Shown in pieces: positions 40,235 to 50,834 of a stretch of 64,000 bases of DNA. Location of the stretch: positions 87,200-151,199 of IMG/VR virus record IMGVR_UViG_3300018916_000001. One strand, written 5' to 3'. This stretch comes from a virus. Below the pieces are notes generated by a model, which was given only the letters and a program-made list of their open reading frames with translations, was not told the DNA's origin and searched no databases. How positions within the stretch are numbered: position 1 is the stretch's first letter; each line of letters opens with the position of its first letter. The translations under genes and the position numbers were made by a program.

Positions 40235-40492
40235 TTATTCTTTATTATTCCTTTTATCCAATTTCAAAATCTTATCTACACTTCTTTTCATTCTTCCTTT
40301 TAGATATTCAATTTCACACAATTCAATTTCTAACTTAGCTGACTCAAATAGTTCTTTAGGATTAGAACCTCCGACTATAATTTCTATGTCATTACATTCA
40401 GAGCCAAAGATATCAGCTAACCATAAGTGAGGAAAACTAGGTGTTCTTATACAATTTCTATCTATAATTACTTCATAGTTTTTATATAGCAT
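40235..40492 (-). CDS. HicB-like domain protein
   Basis: MLYKNYEVII..WLADI..VGGSNPKELFESAKLEIE. Confidence 0.55.
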   Translation of the reverse strand: MLYKNYEVIIDRNCIRTPSFPHLWLADIFGSECNDIEIIVGGSNPKELFESAKLEIELCEIEYLKGRMKRSVDKILKLDKRNNKE

Positions 40493-40734
40493 TCTCTAGC
40501 TCAAGATTTAATGTCTATACTAAATCTAAATGAAGAGATTCTACAAACTTAATATCTTTACTCTGTTTTGAGATATCTTCTTCTTTCATTACTTCTTCAT
40601 TTATATAGAGACTTAACTCATTCTCTCGTTTTAAACTCGTTAAACCATCAATAATATATCTTAACTCTTCAATAGTTACAGAAATTTTCACTTGTCTTTT
40701 CTTATCACTGTAAAATCCTTCATCTTCTAGAAAT

Positions 40735-41187
40735 TCAGTTAATTCTCTCATTATTTTCACCTTCTAGAATTTTATCTATATACTTTTCTCTTTCTCTTAG
40801 AGATATTGTGTATTCTATTTCTTCTTCTGATTTATCCAATCGAACTAATAAATCTCTTAGATTTTGCTTATTAAAAATACCAAACATATCTAAGCCTAGA
40901 GTTAAACTACTTGATTTATAAATATGTACAGCTTTATCTATATTCTCGATATCTTCTTCACTTAAATCGTCTATATAAATTCTTTTACTTAAAGATTTTT
41001 CTAAGTAATCAGAAACTTCTTTACTATCTTCTAAAACTACATCTGTAAGAAAATAATCTGTTTTATATAGAGAAATATAATCTGCAAGGCACAAAATCTT
41101 ATAAATATCTCTTTTATCTATATCCACTACATAATAAATCTCTTCCCATAGATAGGAAGATGCAGCTAACAATTTGGTCTTATTCAT
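40735..41187 (-). CDS. Panacea (DUF4065/SocA)-like antitoxin, internally shortened
   Basis: KTKLLAA..YL..IDK..IYKILCLADYISL..LT....LSEEDIENIDKAV..Y. Confidence 0.55.
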   Translation of the reverse strand: MNKTKLLAASSYLWEEIYYVVDIDKRDIYKILCLADYISLYKTDYFLTDVVLEDSKEVSDYLEKSLSKRIYIDDLSEEDIENIDKAVHIYKSSSLTLGLDMFGIFNKQNLRDLLVRLDKSEEEIEYTISLREREKYIDKILEGENNERIN

Positions 41188-43358
41188 TTTTTCTCATTCC
41201 AATTAGTAAAAGTTAAATGATTTGGATCAAAATCTACGTCTACCGGAATACTTTTAATCCAATAGCCTAGTTCTTGATGTAAAATCCTCATTACACAACT
41301 ATTAATTTCATAGCTATATTTTCTTAATCCAATCCAGTTAAGCTCATCATGGCAGTTGTTACAAAAACGAGCTTTCCAATGAGGATTCTTATAAAACTCA
41401 ATTAATATTCGACCTTGAGCGAACTTTAATATATCTGCTTCACCACAAAGCCAGATGAGAGAAATAGATTCTGTATAAGGAATCTCAAACTTAGTTCCCC
41501 AATCACTTATCTTTTCTTGTTTCTTTAAATGGACAGTACGATTAGTAAAAGTCTTACATTTACCATAAACTCCTTCAGTAGGTTGTCCATAGAGATTGTA
41601 AAAAGGGAATTGTATATTATAAGAGTTTGATTCTTTTATATAGTTTTGAATAAATTGATCTAATCTTTTATAAGTTTCTTTATATGCCTTCTTAATTAAT
41701 TTAGCTTGGTCAAGTGTAATATCTACTCCCCAACCTTTAAATGTCTGCTGTAACTTATAAGCTCCGGCTTGATTGAGTCCTGAATAATTAGCTATCTTCC
41801 CCCATTTTCTATAAGAATCTACTTGACTATCTTTCTCTTCTTTATATAATCTTTGAAACTCATCAAAAGAAACGCTACTACCATTAAGCTTGATTATTGT
41901 ATGCGCCATAATTAAATGGGCATCTTTATCATTTAAATAAATATCTAGTAGAACTGGGTCTTGAGAAAGTTCAGTACAAATTCTATAGTGAGACGCAGAT
42001 AAATCAATAATCCCTAAAAAATAATCATCGGGAGCAGCAAAGAAAGTTCTAAACGCTGGTAAACCTTCCTCTTTAAACCAACTAGGAGTTTTAGCTGGAT
42101 TTTGAAGTTGAGTACCAATATCTACTTTCTTTCTACTACCTTTACTATTTTTAAAACTTAAAGTACCAGTACAACTACTTCTTCCACTACCCGACGCTGA
42201 GATTTGATTATAAATTGTTCGTACTGAATAAAAATCCTCATTCTTATTCTTCCAAGATGTATTATTAATTCCCTCCATATAGTTGATAAGAACATTTAAC
42301 GTTCTCATTCTAAGTAGAGCTTCAGCTTCAGGATATTGAACTGATTTTAAAGCTTCATCATTCATTGATCCTAAATTAAGTTCTGGCCATTTAGTGTTAA
42401 AAGCTTGTCTTAATAACTCTACTTGTCCCCAATTTATACCTGGAAAGCTGTCAGTAATTATTTTGTTATATTCTTCAAATTTAGTTTTGCATAAAGCTAT
42501 ATTTGTCTCTAATAAACTCTTATCTATAGGAAATCCATAAACTTCCATTTGAATAAAAGCAGATAACGCTAAACATTCTGCCATTACGGAGTAGTATAAG
42601 TTCTCTCTTACTACTAACTCTTGAATATATGGATAAAGTTGAAGAGGTAGTATTGAGTCATTACCTGAATAATTATATTTTGAATTAGTTATCCTCCATC
42701 CCCAATCTTCTTTCTGTTCTGTCTTATCTACAGTGAAAATAGTAGAGAATAATATATTGACTCTTTCGGTAATAGCTTTAAGTGAATGTCCCAACAAACA
42801 TCTATCACTTCTAGCTTTAACTCTAGAACTTCCAGATATCGTCTTTTCTTTTGTACTAATAACTTCAATACCTGCCCACAACACTTGAGAGCAAAGCATT
42901 AAATCTCTACAATTAAGTAGTTGAATATCAAAGTGATAAAGTAAGAATCCTCCATCAAACTTTAAATTCTGTCCTACTACTGGAACGTCTATGTCTTCAC
43001 ATTTAATCTTGAGTAATCTGTAAAATCTAGAACTAAGAAACTCTTCTCTCTTCTTCTCTATATCGTCTAAGTTACCTCCTAAATCATATACAAGAGCGTA
43101 ATATTCAAACTCATTCTCTCTTACTTCTACTTTAATAGATACAGATATTAAACGTATTAAACCAAATCTAAAATATAATGCAGAATATTCCTCTTCTCCA
43201 TGAGTTTCAAGGTCTAATCCGAATATAGTAGAAGATTCAAATAAGTCTAAATATTTATCCCATTCTTTCGGAGCTACTTTATTTTCTACTATAATATTTT
43301 CTTCTAGAGGAACATCTACTTCTAAGATATCTCTCCATGTAAGTTGTCTAGTTTTCAT
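41184..43358 (-). CDS. Family A DNA polymerase with 3'-5' exonuclease
   Basis: ExoI LDLET, ExoII QNLKFD, ExoIII YSGND; SGRSS..LQN; motif A DLSASHYR, motif B RKWGKIANY, motif C HDEL. Confidence 0.9.
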   Translation of the reverse strand: MKTRQLTWRDILEVDVPLEENIIVENKVAPKEWDKYLDLFESSTIFGLDLETHGEEEYSALYFRFGLIRLISVSIKVEVRENEFEYYALVYDLGGNLDDIEKKREEFLSSRFYRLLKIKCEDIDVPVVGQNLKFDGGFLLYHFDIQLLNCRDLMLCSQVLWAGIEVISTKEKTISGSSRVKARSDRCLLGHSLKAITERVNILFSTIFTVDKTEQKEDWGWRITNSKYNYSGNDSILPLQLYPYIQELVVRENLYYSVMAECLALSAFIQMEVYGFPIDKSLLETNIALCKTKFEEYNKIITDSFPGINWGQVELLRQAFNTKWPELNLGSMNDEALKSVQYPEAEALLRMRTLNVLINYMEGINNTSWKNKNEDFYSVRTIYNQISASGSGRSSCTGTLSFKNSKGSRKKVDIGTQLQNPAKTPSWFKEEGLPAFRTFFAAPDDYFLGIIDLSASHYRICTELSQDPVLLDIYLNDKDAHLIMAHTIIKLNGSSVSFDEFQRLYKEEKDSQVDSYRKWGKIANYSGLNQAGAYKLQQTFKGWGVDITLDQAKLIKKAYKETYKRLDQFIQNYIKESNSYNIQFPFYNLYGQPTEGVYGKCKTFTNRTVHLKKQEKISDWGTKFEIPYTESISLIWLCGEADILKFAQGRILIEFYKNPHWKARFCNNCHDELNWIGLRKYSYEINSCVMRILHQELGYWIKSIPVDVDFDPNHLTFTNWNEKK

Positions 43359-43635
43359 TATTACTAGCTAAATAACTATCTACCGTTCTCCAAAAATCTC
43401 TAGCATATTGATAAGGTGACTCTCCTATTACAAATAGATCTAAATCTTCTTCATTCAAATAGATATATCCTGAATAAGGAGCATTATAACCATCATATAT
43501 TTTTTCGATTTTACAAGTAAACCCTTTATAATATAAATCTTGATTATGAAAGTTCTTTTGCCATTCTTCTCTTTCTTGCCAAGTCAAACTTATTAAATAT
43601 TCAAAAACATCTGTAGATTCTAAGTTCTTATTCAT
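43348..43635 (-). CDS. HicB-like domain protein
   Basis: YYKGFTCKIE..YSGYI..VIGESP....DFWRTVDSYL. Confidence 0.6.
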   Translation of the reverse strand: MNKNLESTDVFEYLISLTWQEREEWQKNFHNQDLYYKGFTCKIEKIYDGYNAPYSGYIYLNEEDLDLFVIGESPYQYARDFWRTVDSYLASNNEN

Positions 43636-43697
43636 ATCTTATATAAGAAAAGATATCTCCTATAATAAAAACTTACTATAAGAGATACACTATATAT

Positions 43698-44087
43698 TTA
43701 ACTTAAAAATTGTTGCTCTAAGATATCTGCTATTTGATTAAAAGATAATCTATAGAAATCATTTAACTCTACTAAAGTTACTCTTTTAATGTTTCTATAC
43801 CCAGGATATAACTTACTTATATCTACAGGAATTTGTATATATCCAATATCTATACCTATAAGATCAGCTATTTTTAATGGAATGTTTGTATGTCTATTAT
43901 CTATCTCATATCTATTTCCATCTTCTTTTAATACCCAATCTAAACCTAATTCATCTTTAGCTATATCACAAAGAACTCCTAAACAACAAAATTGATTAGA
44001 GATATTTCTAAGAGATAATCTTCCTTGTTGATACTCACCACTTCTTAGTGCTTCTATCCAACGTTTTATTAGCTCTTTATTTATCAT
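43698..44087 (-). CDS. Phage hypothetical protein
   Basis: WIEALRSGEYQQG..L..FCCLGVLCD..LND..SFNQIAD motif. Confidence 0.6.
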   Translation of the reverse strand: MINKELIKRWIEALRSGEYQQGRLSLRNISNQFCCLGVLCDIAKDELGLDWVLKEDGNRYEIDNRHTNIPLKIADLIGIDIGYIQIPVDISKLYPGYRNIKRVTLVELNDFYRLSFNQIADILEQQFLS

Positions 44088-44726
44088 AGTTTTTTATACA
44101 CCAGTTATAAACTCTTTCTAAGATTTTAATTAGTAGTAAATTTTCTACCATAGATATTGCAATCCATAAGCGACCTATTATCTCATCTTTTTCCTGTTTG
44201 GTGAAAGAACTCCAATTAAGTCTATTGGCTAATATAGCTAAAGGTAACTGTAATAATAATCTAAGTTCACGAAAACTAATTTTCATATAATTAAAAGCTA
44301 TAGAGGTTAATAGTATTAATGTATCAACAACCAGTGATATAATTCATCTACTTCAAAAATCAACTCATCAAACTCTCCATATTCATTTTCTTCTCTTAGT
44401 TTAGAAAGTTCCTTTTCTATTGTTGATATTGTTGCGTCTTTCTTCTTTCTACTATAAAAACGATATTTAACTTTTAAGAGAAAAGTACCAAAGTGAAAAA
44501 TAAGGAATTGTTCTAATGTCACGATAACTCCTTTACTTATTCGAGAGTTTATATAGTAAATTACCTATCTCTACTTGTTGAAAATAATCTTGTCTTCTAA
44601 ATCTAAGAACTTCTTGCCAAGTATATAAATCTTGTAATATCTCTTTCTGACTATCTTTAGGTAAGAACTTCCATATTAGAGGTAATAGAAATCTAATCAC
44701 TTGAAACCAATTATAGTCTAGTTTAG

Positions 44727-45131
44727 TCATAAAATCTCCTCACTTTTATTTTGTAGCTCATTCCAAAAACGTGCAGACTCTTCCAATCCATTTATGTACT
44801 CTACAAACTGACGAACAATATCATCTGATGAATCCCCGCTAAATACCCATCCTCGACTAAAAGGTAAATATCCATACCAATCATTACTACCACCTTCTTT
44901 ACTAAGTTCTAGAGTCGCATTCTTATAATAAAAAACTTCTCTCTTTTGTTCTAAAAATTCATCGATATACTCCTCAAAATCATTAGCTAAATCAGTGAAA
45001 CTATCACTACCGATTTCTAATTCTAGGTCTTTGAAGTTCTCATTAGGTACTACTTTACCTAATATTACTAAGCAATCAGTATCTAAACTAACTTGTAATT
45101 GAAATCCTCTATAACTAATAATGTTTTCCAT
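44727..45131 (-). CDS. Tandem HicB-like domain protein
   Basis: ISYRGF..VSLDTD..VILGKV..SDSFTDLANDFEEYIDEFL and YYKNA..WYGYL..FSGDSSDDIVRQFVEYIN. Confidence 0.7.
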   Translation of the reverse strand: MENIISYRGFQLQVSLDTDCLVILGKVVPNENFKDLELEIGSDSFTDLANDFEEYIDEFLEQKREVFYYKNATLELSKEGGSNDWYGYLPFSRGWVFSGDSSDDIVRQFVEYINGLEESARFWNELQNKSEEIL

Positions 45132-45179
45132 GATTTCTCCAAGATTTACGAGAGTTAGTTACCTCCTCTCATATTTAAA

Positions 45180-45896
45180 TTACTTATTCTTCATCTCTGC
45201 TACTTCAGCTAATAACTCATTAGCAATCACCCCTAACTGAGCAACACTTAATGCTAGATGAATCGATTTATCTGCTTCTCTACCTAATAAAGAACAAGAC
45301 TCAATGATAGACTTAATTCGTATCCATTTAGGAGATTCTTTAATAGTTTTCTTGTCTTCTATATCTTCCCTAGTGTATAGACGTAATCCTAAACCAGTAT
45401 AAAGTGCTATTGCTTTTACTCCTCCTCTAGCTTTAGCATCATTAATATCTCTTGCGTCTGGGCTAATAATCGCATTATTCTTATTGTCCATTACAGGAAA
45501 GAAGAGAGAAGGTGTCTTCAATCCTGTTTCTCTATCTACTAGATAAGGGAGAACATACCAACCTCTATTATCAAATACTAGACTTTGAAGTTCCTCTTCT
45601 AATTTATTCTTAGCTTTCCAATCAGTGACAGTTTCTAATTGTTCTTGTTTTTGCTTTATGAACTCAAGAATATTTTCTCTTAGTTCTGTGGCTAATCCAG
45701 TTTTTATCTTATGTGCAAAAGAACCATCTTTATCTCTCTCAAATTCAACTATTAACTCTGGAAAAAATTGGTTAAGTAGTTTATTTGCATTAGACCATGA
45801 GAGATATTCTAAATCTACTTTCTTAGATACTCCAGGAATAAATCTGTAATCGTTATACGCAGCAGTAAACCTTTCTTTATCAATGTTTAAATACAT
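45180..45896 (-). CDS. Sak3/DUF1071-like single-strand annealing protein
   Basis: YLSWS.A, PVMDNKNNAI, DIND...R..VKAIA..GLGL.LY.ED. Confidence 0.75.
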   Translation of the reverse strand: MYLNIDKERFTAAYNDYRFIPGVSKKVDLEYLSWSNANKLLNQFFPELIVEFERDKDGSFAHKIKTGLATELRENILEFIKQKQEQLETVTDWKAKNKLEEELQSLVFDNRGWYVLPYLVDRETGLKTPSLFFPVMDNKNNAIISPDARDINDAKARGGVKAIALYTGLGLRLYTREDIEDKKTIKESPKWIRIKSIIESCSLLGREADKSIHLALSVAQLGVIANELLAEVAEMKNK

Positions 45897-45927
45897 ATCT
45901 CTTATCTTTTAGTTTTATATAGATGAA

Positions 45928-47475
45928 TTAAGATACTAAAATTTCTTGTACTCTAATTCTATGTTCTTCTGGGAGAAGTGAGAATATAACTTCTTTATCT
46001 TCATCAGAAGTGTTCTTAAAACATTTTAATACTTGTTTTTTGTTAAATGCAGTTTGTAAAAGAATAGATCTTATACGGTTTTTATGCTCATCACTTAAAA
46101 GACTCCAAACAGTATCTTTATCTATTTCTGATAAATCTTTAAACGCATCATTTACCTCCTCTTTAGTAGTAGCAGTTTGTAATAGAACTGAAATATCTTG
46201 GTGTTTTATCTCTAAAACTTCTACTCTACCTAATACACCTAAAGAACTATATAAATCTAATATGTAATTGGGAATATAGTAATAGTCTTTACCTTTAGAC
46301 CTAATAGAATCTATAAATGAACTTTCTTGTAATCTTTCTAATACTAAAACTAAATTTTCAGTAGACTCTAAATCTAAATAATCTGCTATTTCCTCAATAG
46401 TTGTACCTAAATTCACTGTTCCCTCTCTATATTCATCTTGCTTCAATAAATGTAGCACTCTTACTTCTAAAGATAAAACTTCATTAGAGACACCTTCTTC
46501 TTTTAGTAACTCTAGAGACTCATTCTTACCTCTCCTTTTACCTTGAATAATAAAGCTAGTTGCAGTTCCATCTCTAGGTAAAGTTTTTAATATTAAAGCT
46601 TTATGACTATATTCCGGATCTTTGTTGCTATGTAACTCCATCAATTGATTAGCATAACCTCTTAACGCACTGGTTCCTGCTGGATTACCTTGTGCATTCA
46701 TGTGATGAAGTATGATAACAGCTATGTTGTGTCTATTACCAAAACTCTGTAATTGTGCAGTAGGTATAGCCCAATCAGCCGAGACTTCCGATATAGTAGA
46801 ATTACTCATAGCTTGACGTAGACTATCAATAATAATTAAATCTACTCTATTCTTCTTACCAAAAGCTTTAACGTCTTTCTTTATTTGATTAATACCACCC
46901 GATATGTCTAAGTCTCTAATAATAACTATCTGGTCACTCTCAAATGCTTGAAGTACGTCTTCATTCTCAGTGTCATCTAACTGACTATTTATAAGTCTTT
47001 TCTTAACTGTAGTAGTAGATTCTTCTAACTGATAGAACAAAATAGTACCTACACGTCTAGTAGGAAACCCTAAAAACTCTTTAGTTATGATTAGTGACCT
47101 AAGTAGAAAGTAGATAAACCTGCTTTTACCTTTTTTAGCTGCACCAAATAAGAAGTTTACACCTGTAGTAATTATTCTAGGTACAATAGACCCTGATAAG
47201 TCTGTGTTCCTATACTGAATAATTTCTTTTAGTGTATATGCTCTTACTGTATCTAGTGTTGGTGTAGCTCTAGTTAAATAGTGGCTTTCTGTATCTTTAA
47301 TAGAGAATTTAAAAGGAAATCCATAGAGATCATTTATAACATTTAATTTTGCTTTTAACTCTATAGGTTGAAGATTCTTTTCTTCTGCTTCTATCTGTAA
47401 ATCATCTAAAGATCTAAGATATATTTGCAAAGCACCTTCATTCTCTTTATTAGTCTGAATGTTTTCTAAATTCAT
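45928..47475 (-). CDS. AAA/RecA-type (RepA-like) helicase
   Basis: Walker A GAAKKGKS, LEE, Walker B LIIIDSL, ILHH, GTSAL. Confidence 0.8.
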   Translation of the reverse strand: MNLENIQTNKENEGALQIYLRSLDDLQIEAEEKNLQPIELKAKLNVINDLYGFPFKFSIKDTESHYLTRATPTLDTVRAYTLKEIIQYRNTDLSGSIVPRIITTGVNFLFGAAKKGKSRFIYFLLRSLIITKEFLGFPTRRVGTILFYQLEESTTTVKKRLINSQLDDTENEDVLQAFESDQIVIIRDLDISGGINQIKKDVKAFGKKNRVDLIIIDSLRQAMSNSTISEVSADWAIPTAQLQSFGNRHNIAVIILHHMNAQGNPAGTSALRGYANQLMELHSNKDPEYSHKALILKTLPRDGTATSFIIQGKRRGKNESLELLKEEGVSNEVLSLEVRVLHLLKQDEYREGTVNLGTTIEEIADYLDLESTENLVLVLERLQESSFIDSIRSKGKDYYYIPNYILDLYSSLGVLGRVEVLEIKHQDISVLLQTATTKEEVNDAFKDLSEIDKDTVWSLLSDEHKNRIRSILLQTAFNKKQVLKCFKNTSDEDKEVIFSLLPEEHRIRVQEILVS

Positions 47476-48373
47476 TTTCTAATATACTCACTAAGTTAAC
47501 ATCCCTATTTTCACTAATATAATCTGCGATGTCATAACCTTTCTTAAAATCTAAGGACTTTAATAACTTACTCCTGATATCGAATATCTTACAAGGAATT
47601 CCTATAGACCAAGATGCTTTCTGAAATACTATACTTTTTTTCATTCCTACTACATCTAAGTCTGGTATATATAGGAATTGAGTGAGATTTGGTATAAGTT
47701 CTGTACTTTCCTCTATAGCTAACTTCACATTTTCAATAGATGTAGTATAGGAATTGAGAACATTTACACTTTCTATTTCTAAACTCTGAAGATAATCAAC
47801 ACATTTCTCTCCTTCTACTACTACTATTAACTCTCCTTTTAATATTCTCCATCCTGTATAAAGTGGGAAAATATCGTTTCCTCTACCACTAACCCATCCT
47901 CTATCGGTTAACACTTGAGGAAATACTTTCTTTCTCTTATTTCCTTTATCATCTATAAAATGTACTCTTAACGTCTGTTGAGTAGGTGAATAAGGATAAG
48001 TTATACGAGCAAGAGGATTAGAATACAAATCTTCTAGATCTTGAAAAAATAGTAGGTTATGAAGAAGTATTGGAGAATCTATAAGAGATAATTCAACATC
48101 TATTTTGTTCGGTACTTCTTTTATAAGTAGAGGAATTTCTTGAAGAACTTCTTTCTTTGTATAACCTGAGCCTTTAAAAACTAATCTAGTAATTCTCTTA
48201 GTATCGCAATTACAATTCCAGTTCTTATACTTACCATTTATCTTATTGAGTTTAACTGTACCTGAGTTACAAATAGGACATTGATACCAGTTCTCTGTTG
48301 CATGAGATTCTCTAAGACTTAGACGTTCATTGAAAAATTCTATAATATCCATCGTTACCTCTAGAGATGACAA
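47450..48373 (-). CDS. DNA primase (Zn-finger + TOPRIM)
   Basis: CPIC..C; VVVEGEKCVD; IPDLD..G; GYDIADY. Confidence 0.8.
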   Translation of the reverse strand: MSSLEVTMDIIEFFNERLSLRESHATENWYQCPICNSGTVKLNKINGKYKNWNCNCDTKRITRLVFKGSGYTKKEVLQEIPLLIKEVPNKIDVELSLIDSPILLHNLLFFQDLEDLYSNPLARITYPYSPTQQTLRVHFIDDKGNKRKKVFPQVLTDRGWVSGRGNDIFPLYTGWRILKGELIVVVEGEKCVDYLQSLEIESVNVLNSYTTSIENVKLAIEESTELIPNLTQFLYIPDLDVVGMKKSIVFQKASWSIGIPCKIFDIRSKLLKSLDFKKGYDIADYISENRDVNLVSILENEFRKHSD

Positions 48374-49186
48374 ATTAGCCCTATAGATAAAGGTAGTACA
48401 GAGCTAATCAACTAAATTATTTCAACTTCCAAGAAAAAGTGAGTTTAAGAGAATTAATCAGTATAAGAAAGGTAACTACTACAAATATCTGTAACTTAGT
48501 TTGATATACTCCCCAAAGTAATAAAAGAAGTAATTGTGCAAGTGAAGTAACTATATAGCTACCACTAGCTACTAACAAAAGAATACCTAAGAAAGCAAAA
48601 ACTCCATTGTGTTTCTTTCTACCTGAAATGATACGGTTAATCTCTCTAAGTTCTTCTTTACTATTAGACATAAACTTTTACTCTTTATCGTATTATTTCC
48701 AAATCTAACTCTTTTCGATACTGTTTTATGTGTGCCAATACCTCATCGTATTGCGGATCGTTTTCATCCTTACCAGCTAACCTCACCCAAGGATTGTTCT
48801 TTTTAAGAATCTCAAGTAAATCATCTACAAAGAAGTAGAGAATTAAATAAGTAACATCATAAAACTTTAATGTCCTAGATTTTACGATCTTTCTTAACTC
48901 TTTATACTCCCTATAACTTCCATTGAAATTGAGTAGATCTAATGTCTTTTCTATTAAATCAAAATCACTTAGCTCTAATTCAGACACTTCAGTATAATCA
49001 CCATAATCCATTAAGTGATGCTTAGCAATTTCAATGTGTTGCTCAATTCTTGCGTTATTATCTCCTAATCGAAAGGTTCTATCATACTTAGGTAATCCAT
49101 TGTCGTCACCAGAAAGTAAAATATGTAAGTCGCTATACTTCTCAAGATAATCATATTCTAAACCTAAGTATTGCTTTTCTAAGTTA

Positions 49187-50032
49187 CTAAAACTCTGATA
49201 ATTCATTAGTTTCTTTTCCTCTAAGTTCTATTCGGTCAGGTAGAAAGTTATTCGGTGCAATTCGTGGATAACCTCGATCATCTTCAAATACACCTAATCT
49301 CTCCTTTAACTTCTTCCAATCATATTTCTGATTAGCGTAATATCCAGCTAACAATTGCTTATAAAGACTCCAATACACACCTAACTTCATAGGGTTGAGA
49401 TAATAGTAAGAGGTCATTCTAGGACTTACTATTACTAACATTGCTTTATTTACTCCATAAGTTAGTAAAGTAGAAAAGTTAAATGCTGCACAATACGCTG
49501 CTAACTGAAGACAGTACGATATTAAATGTACTGGTTGTTTTGCTTTATTAGGATTTTTATAGTCAATTATGAAATATTCTTCAGGTTTAGTAAATACAGG
49601 AGTATCTGTTTTATAATAAACGAAATTTCTAGTATCTAAGATTGATACGTTATCTACTTTACCACCCACACCAAATCCAGTATCTTTCTCTATATAAGCA
49701 ACTGGAACTTCTAAGTATAGAGGAGCAGTAGTAATTTGTATTAAATCATTATACTTACTTAAATATTCACTTTCTTCTTTGCTAAGTTCTTTTTCTATAG
49801 TCTTAAATTTAGCTCTGTCAGTGTGATAAGAGTACAAAGCTTTATGTATTCTAGTTCCTCTTAGTCTAGCAGAAGTAGAAGTAACATCAGCTTTTAATGG
49901 ATTTTTTCCCTTCCATTCATTTAAAATTTTTTTATCTTCATGAAAAGAAATGATTTGGGTAACTGACGGACATTTGACATCGTTTACCTTGTAATATCTT
50001 TCCCAACCTTTATCTATTAACTCAATTTTCAT
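49187..50032 (-). CDS. PD-(D/E)XK exonuclease
   Basis: PSVTQI, RGTRIH, LEVP, GKVD, IIDYK, LQLAAY. Confidence 0.8.
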   Translation of the reverse strand: MKIELIDKGWERYYKVNDVKCPSVTQIISFHEDKKILNEWKGKNPLKADVTSTSARLRGTRIHKALYSYHTDRAKFKTIEKELSKEESEYLSKYNDLIQITTAPLYLEVPVAYIEKDTGFGVGGKVDNVSILDTRNFVYYKTDTPVFTKPEEYFIIDYKNPNKAKQPVHLISYCLQLAAYCAAFNFSTLLTYGVNKAMLVIVSPRMTSYYYLNPMKLGVYWSLYKQLLAGYYANQKYDWKKLKERLGVFEDDRGYPRIAPNNFLPDRIELRGKETNELSEF

Positions 50033-50402
50033 CTATTCATATGTTTACTCTCCTTCTTTATTGTAGTTCTAGTACGATCGATTACACTACCTTCTCCTAA
50101 GAAACTTTCTATATACTCAATTAAATCGGGTATAAAAACCTTCTCATCTAAACATAAAGATATTGAAATCTCTAAGATATTTAATGTCTCATCGATAATA
50201 GAACAGTTAAACCCTCTTTTTCTTAAAATATCTCTAAGATAAAGTGGAGTTAATATATTATCTATAGAACTAAACCATACTCTTATAGAATTACCTACTA
50301 TATAAACTGTCGCAGGTTTTAAATAATCACTAATATCCTTCATAATAAAATAGCTACGCCAACTATTCATCGACGTAGCTTACAACTAAATTACTGTATC
50401 AA

Positions 50403-50834
50403 TTAGAAAGGAGCATTAAAACGTCCTTCTTTATCTTGAGGGATATGCTTATCTTCTTTAAAGTCATCAGTAGAAGTCTCATCCTCAGATTTAACTTCTT
50501 TCTTTTCATAAGACCCGAAAAAGATATTAAATGCTTCCCATTGACAAGATGCTGATTTCTTTTTGCTCTTAGGGTCAACACTTAGAGGTACAAATGTGGT
50601 TTCTTTTAAAGTATAAGAAGGTTTTGATACTACTACTACACTAGAACCTTTTTTACATCTACTTAATATTGGATGATCTGCTGAACCAGAAAAAACAAAG
50701 TTATACCAAGTTGCCATATCGTCTTTGTGATTTTGTGGAATAGAAAAAGTCCAATAACCACCTTTCTCATTTTCATTGAATTTAGGGTCAGAGGACAAAG
50801 TACCAATCGTAGTCAAAATGTTGGAAGTAGTCAT
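50403..50834 (-). CDS. ssb: Single-stranded DNA-binding protein
   Basis: IGTLSSDP, TWYN, KKGS.V.V, acidic tail ending in PF. Confidence 0.7.
   Translation of the reverse strand: MTTSNILTTIGTLSSDPKFNENEKGGYWTFSIPQNHKDDMATWYNFVFSGSADHPILSRCKKGSSVVVVSKPSYTLKETTFVPLSVDPKSKKKSASCQWEAFNIFFGSYEKKEVKSEDETSTDDFKEDKHIPQDKEGRFNAPF

Noticed and set aside
49187-50032. Cas4 as part of a CRISPR system
   Set aside because: No cas1/cas2 or array; it sits with SSB, primase and the Sak3-like gene, so it is a recombination exonuclease.
50352-50380. Intergenic hairpins (also near 22302, 32639, 43651, 48374, 51443 and 53786) as a novel repeat family
   Set aside because: Stems differ in sequence and lie just after - strand stops; best explained as ordinary terminators or processing stems.
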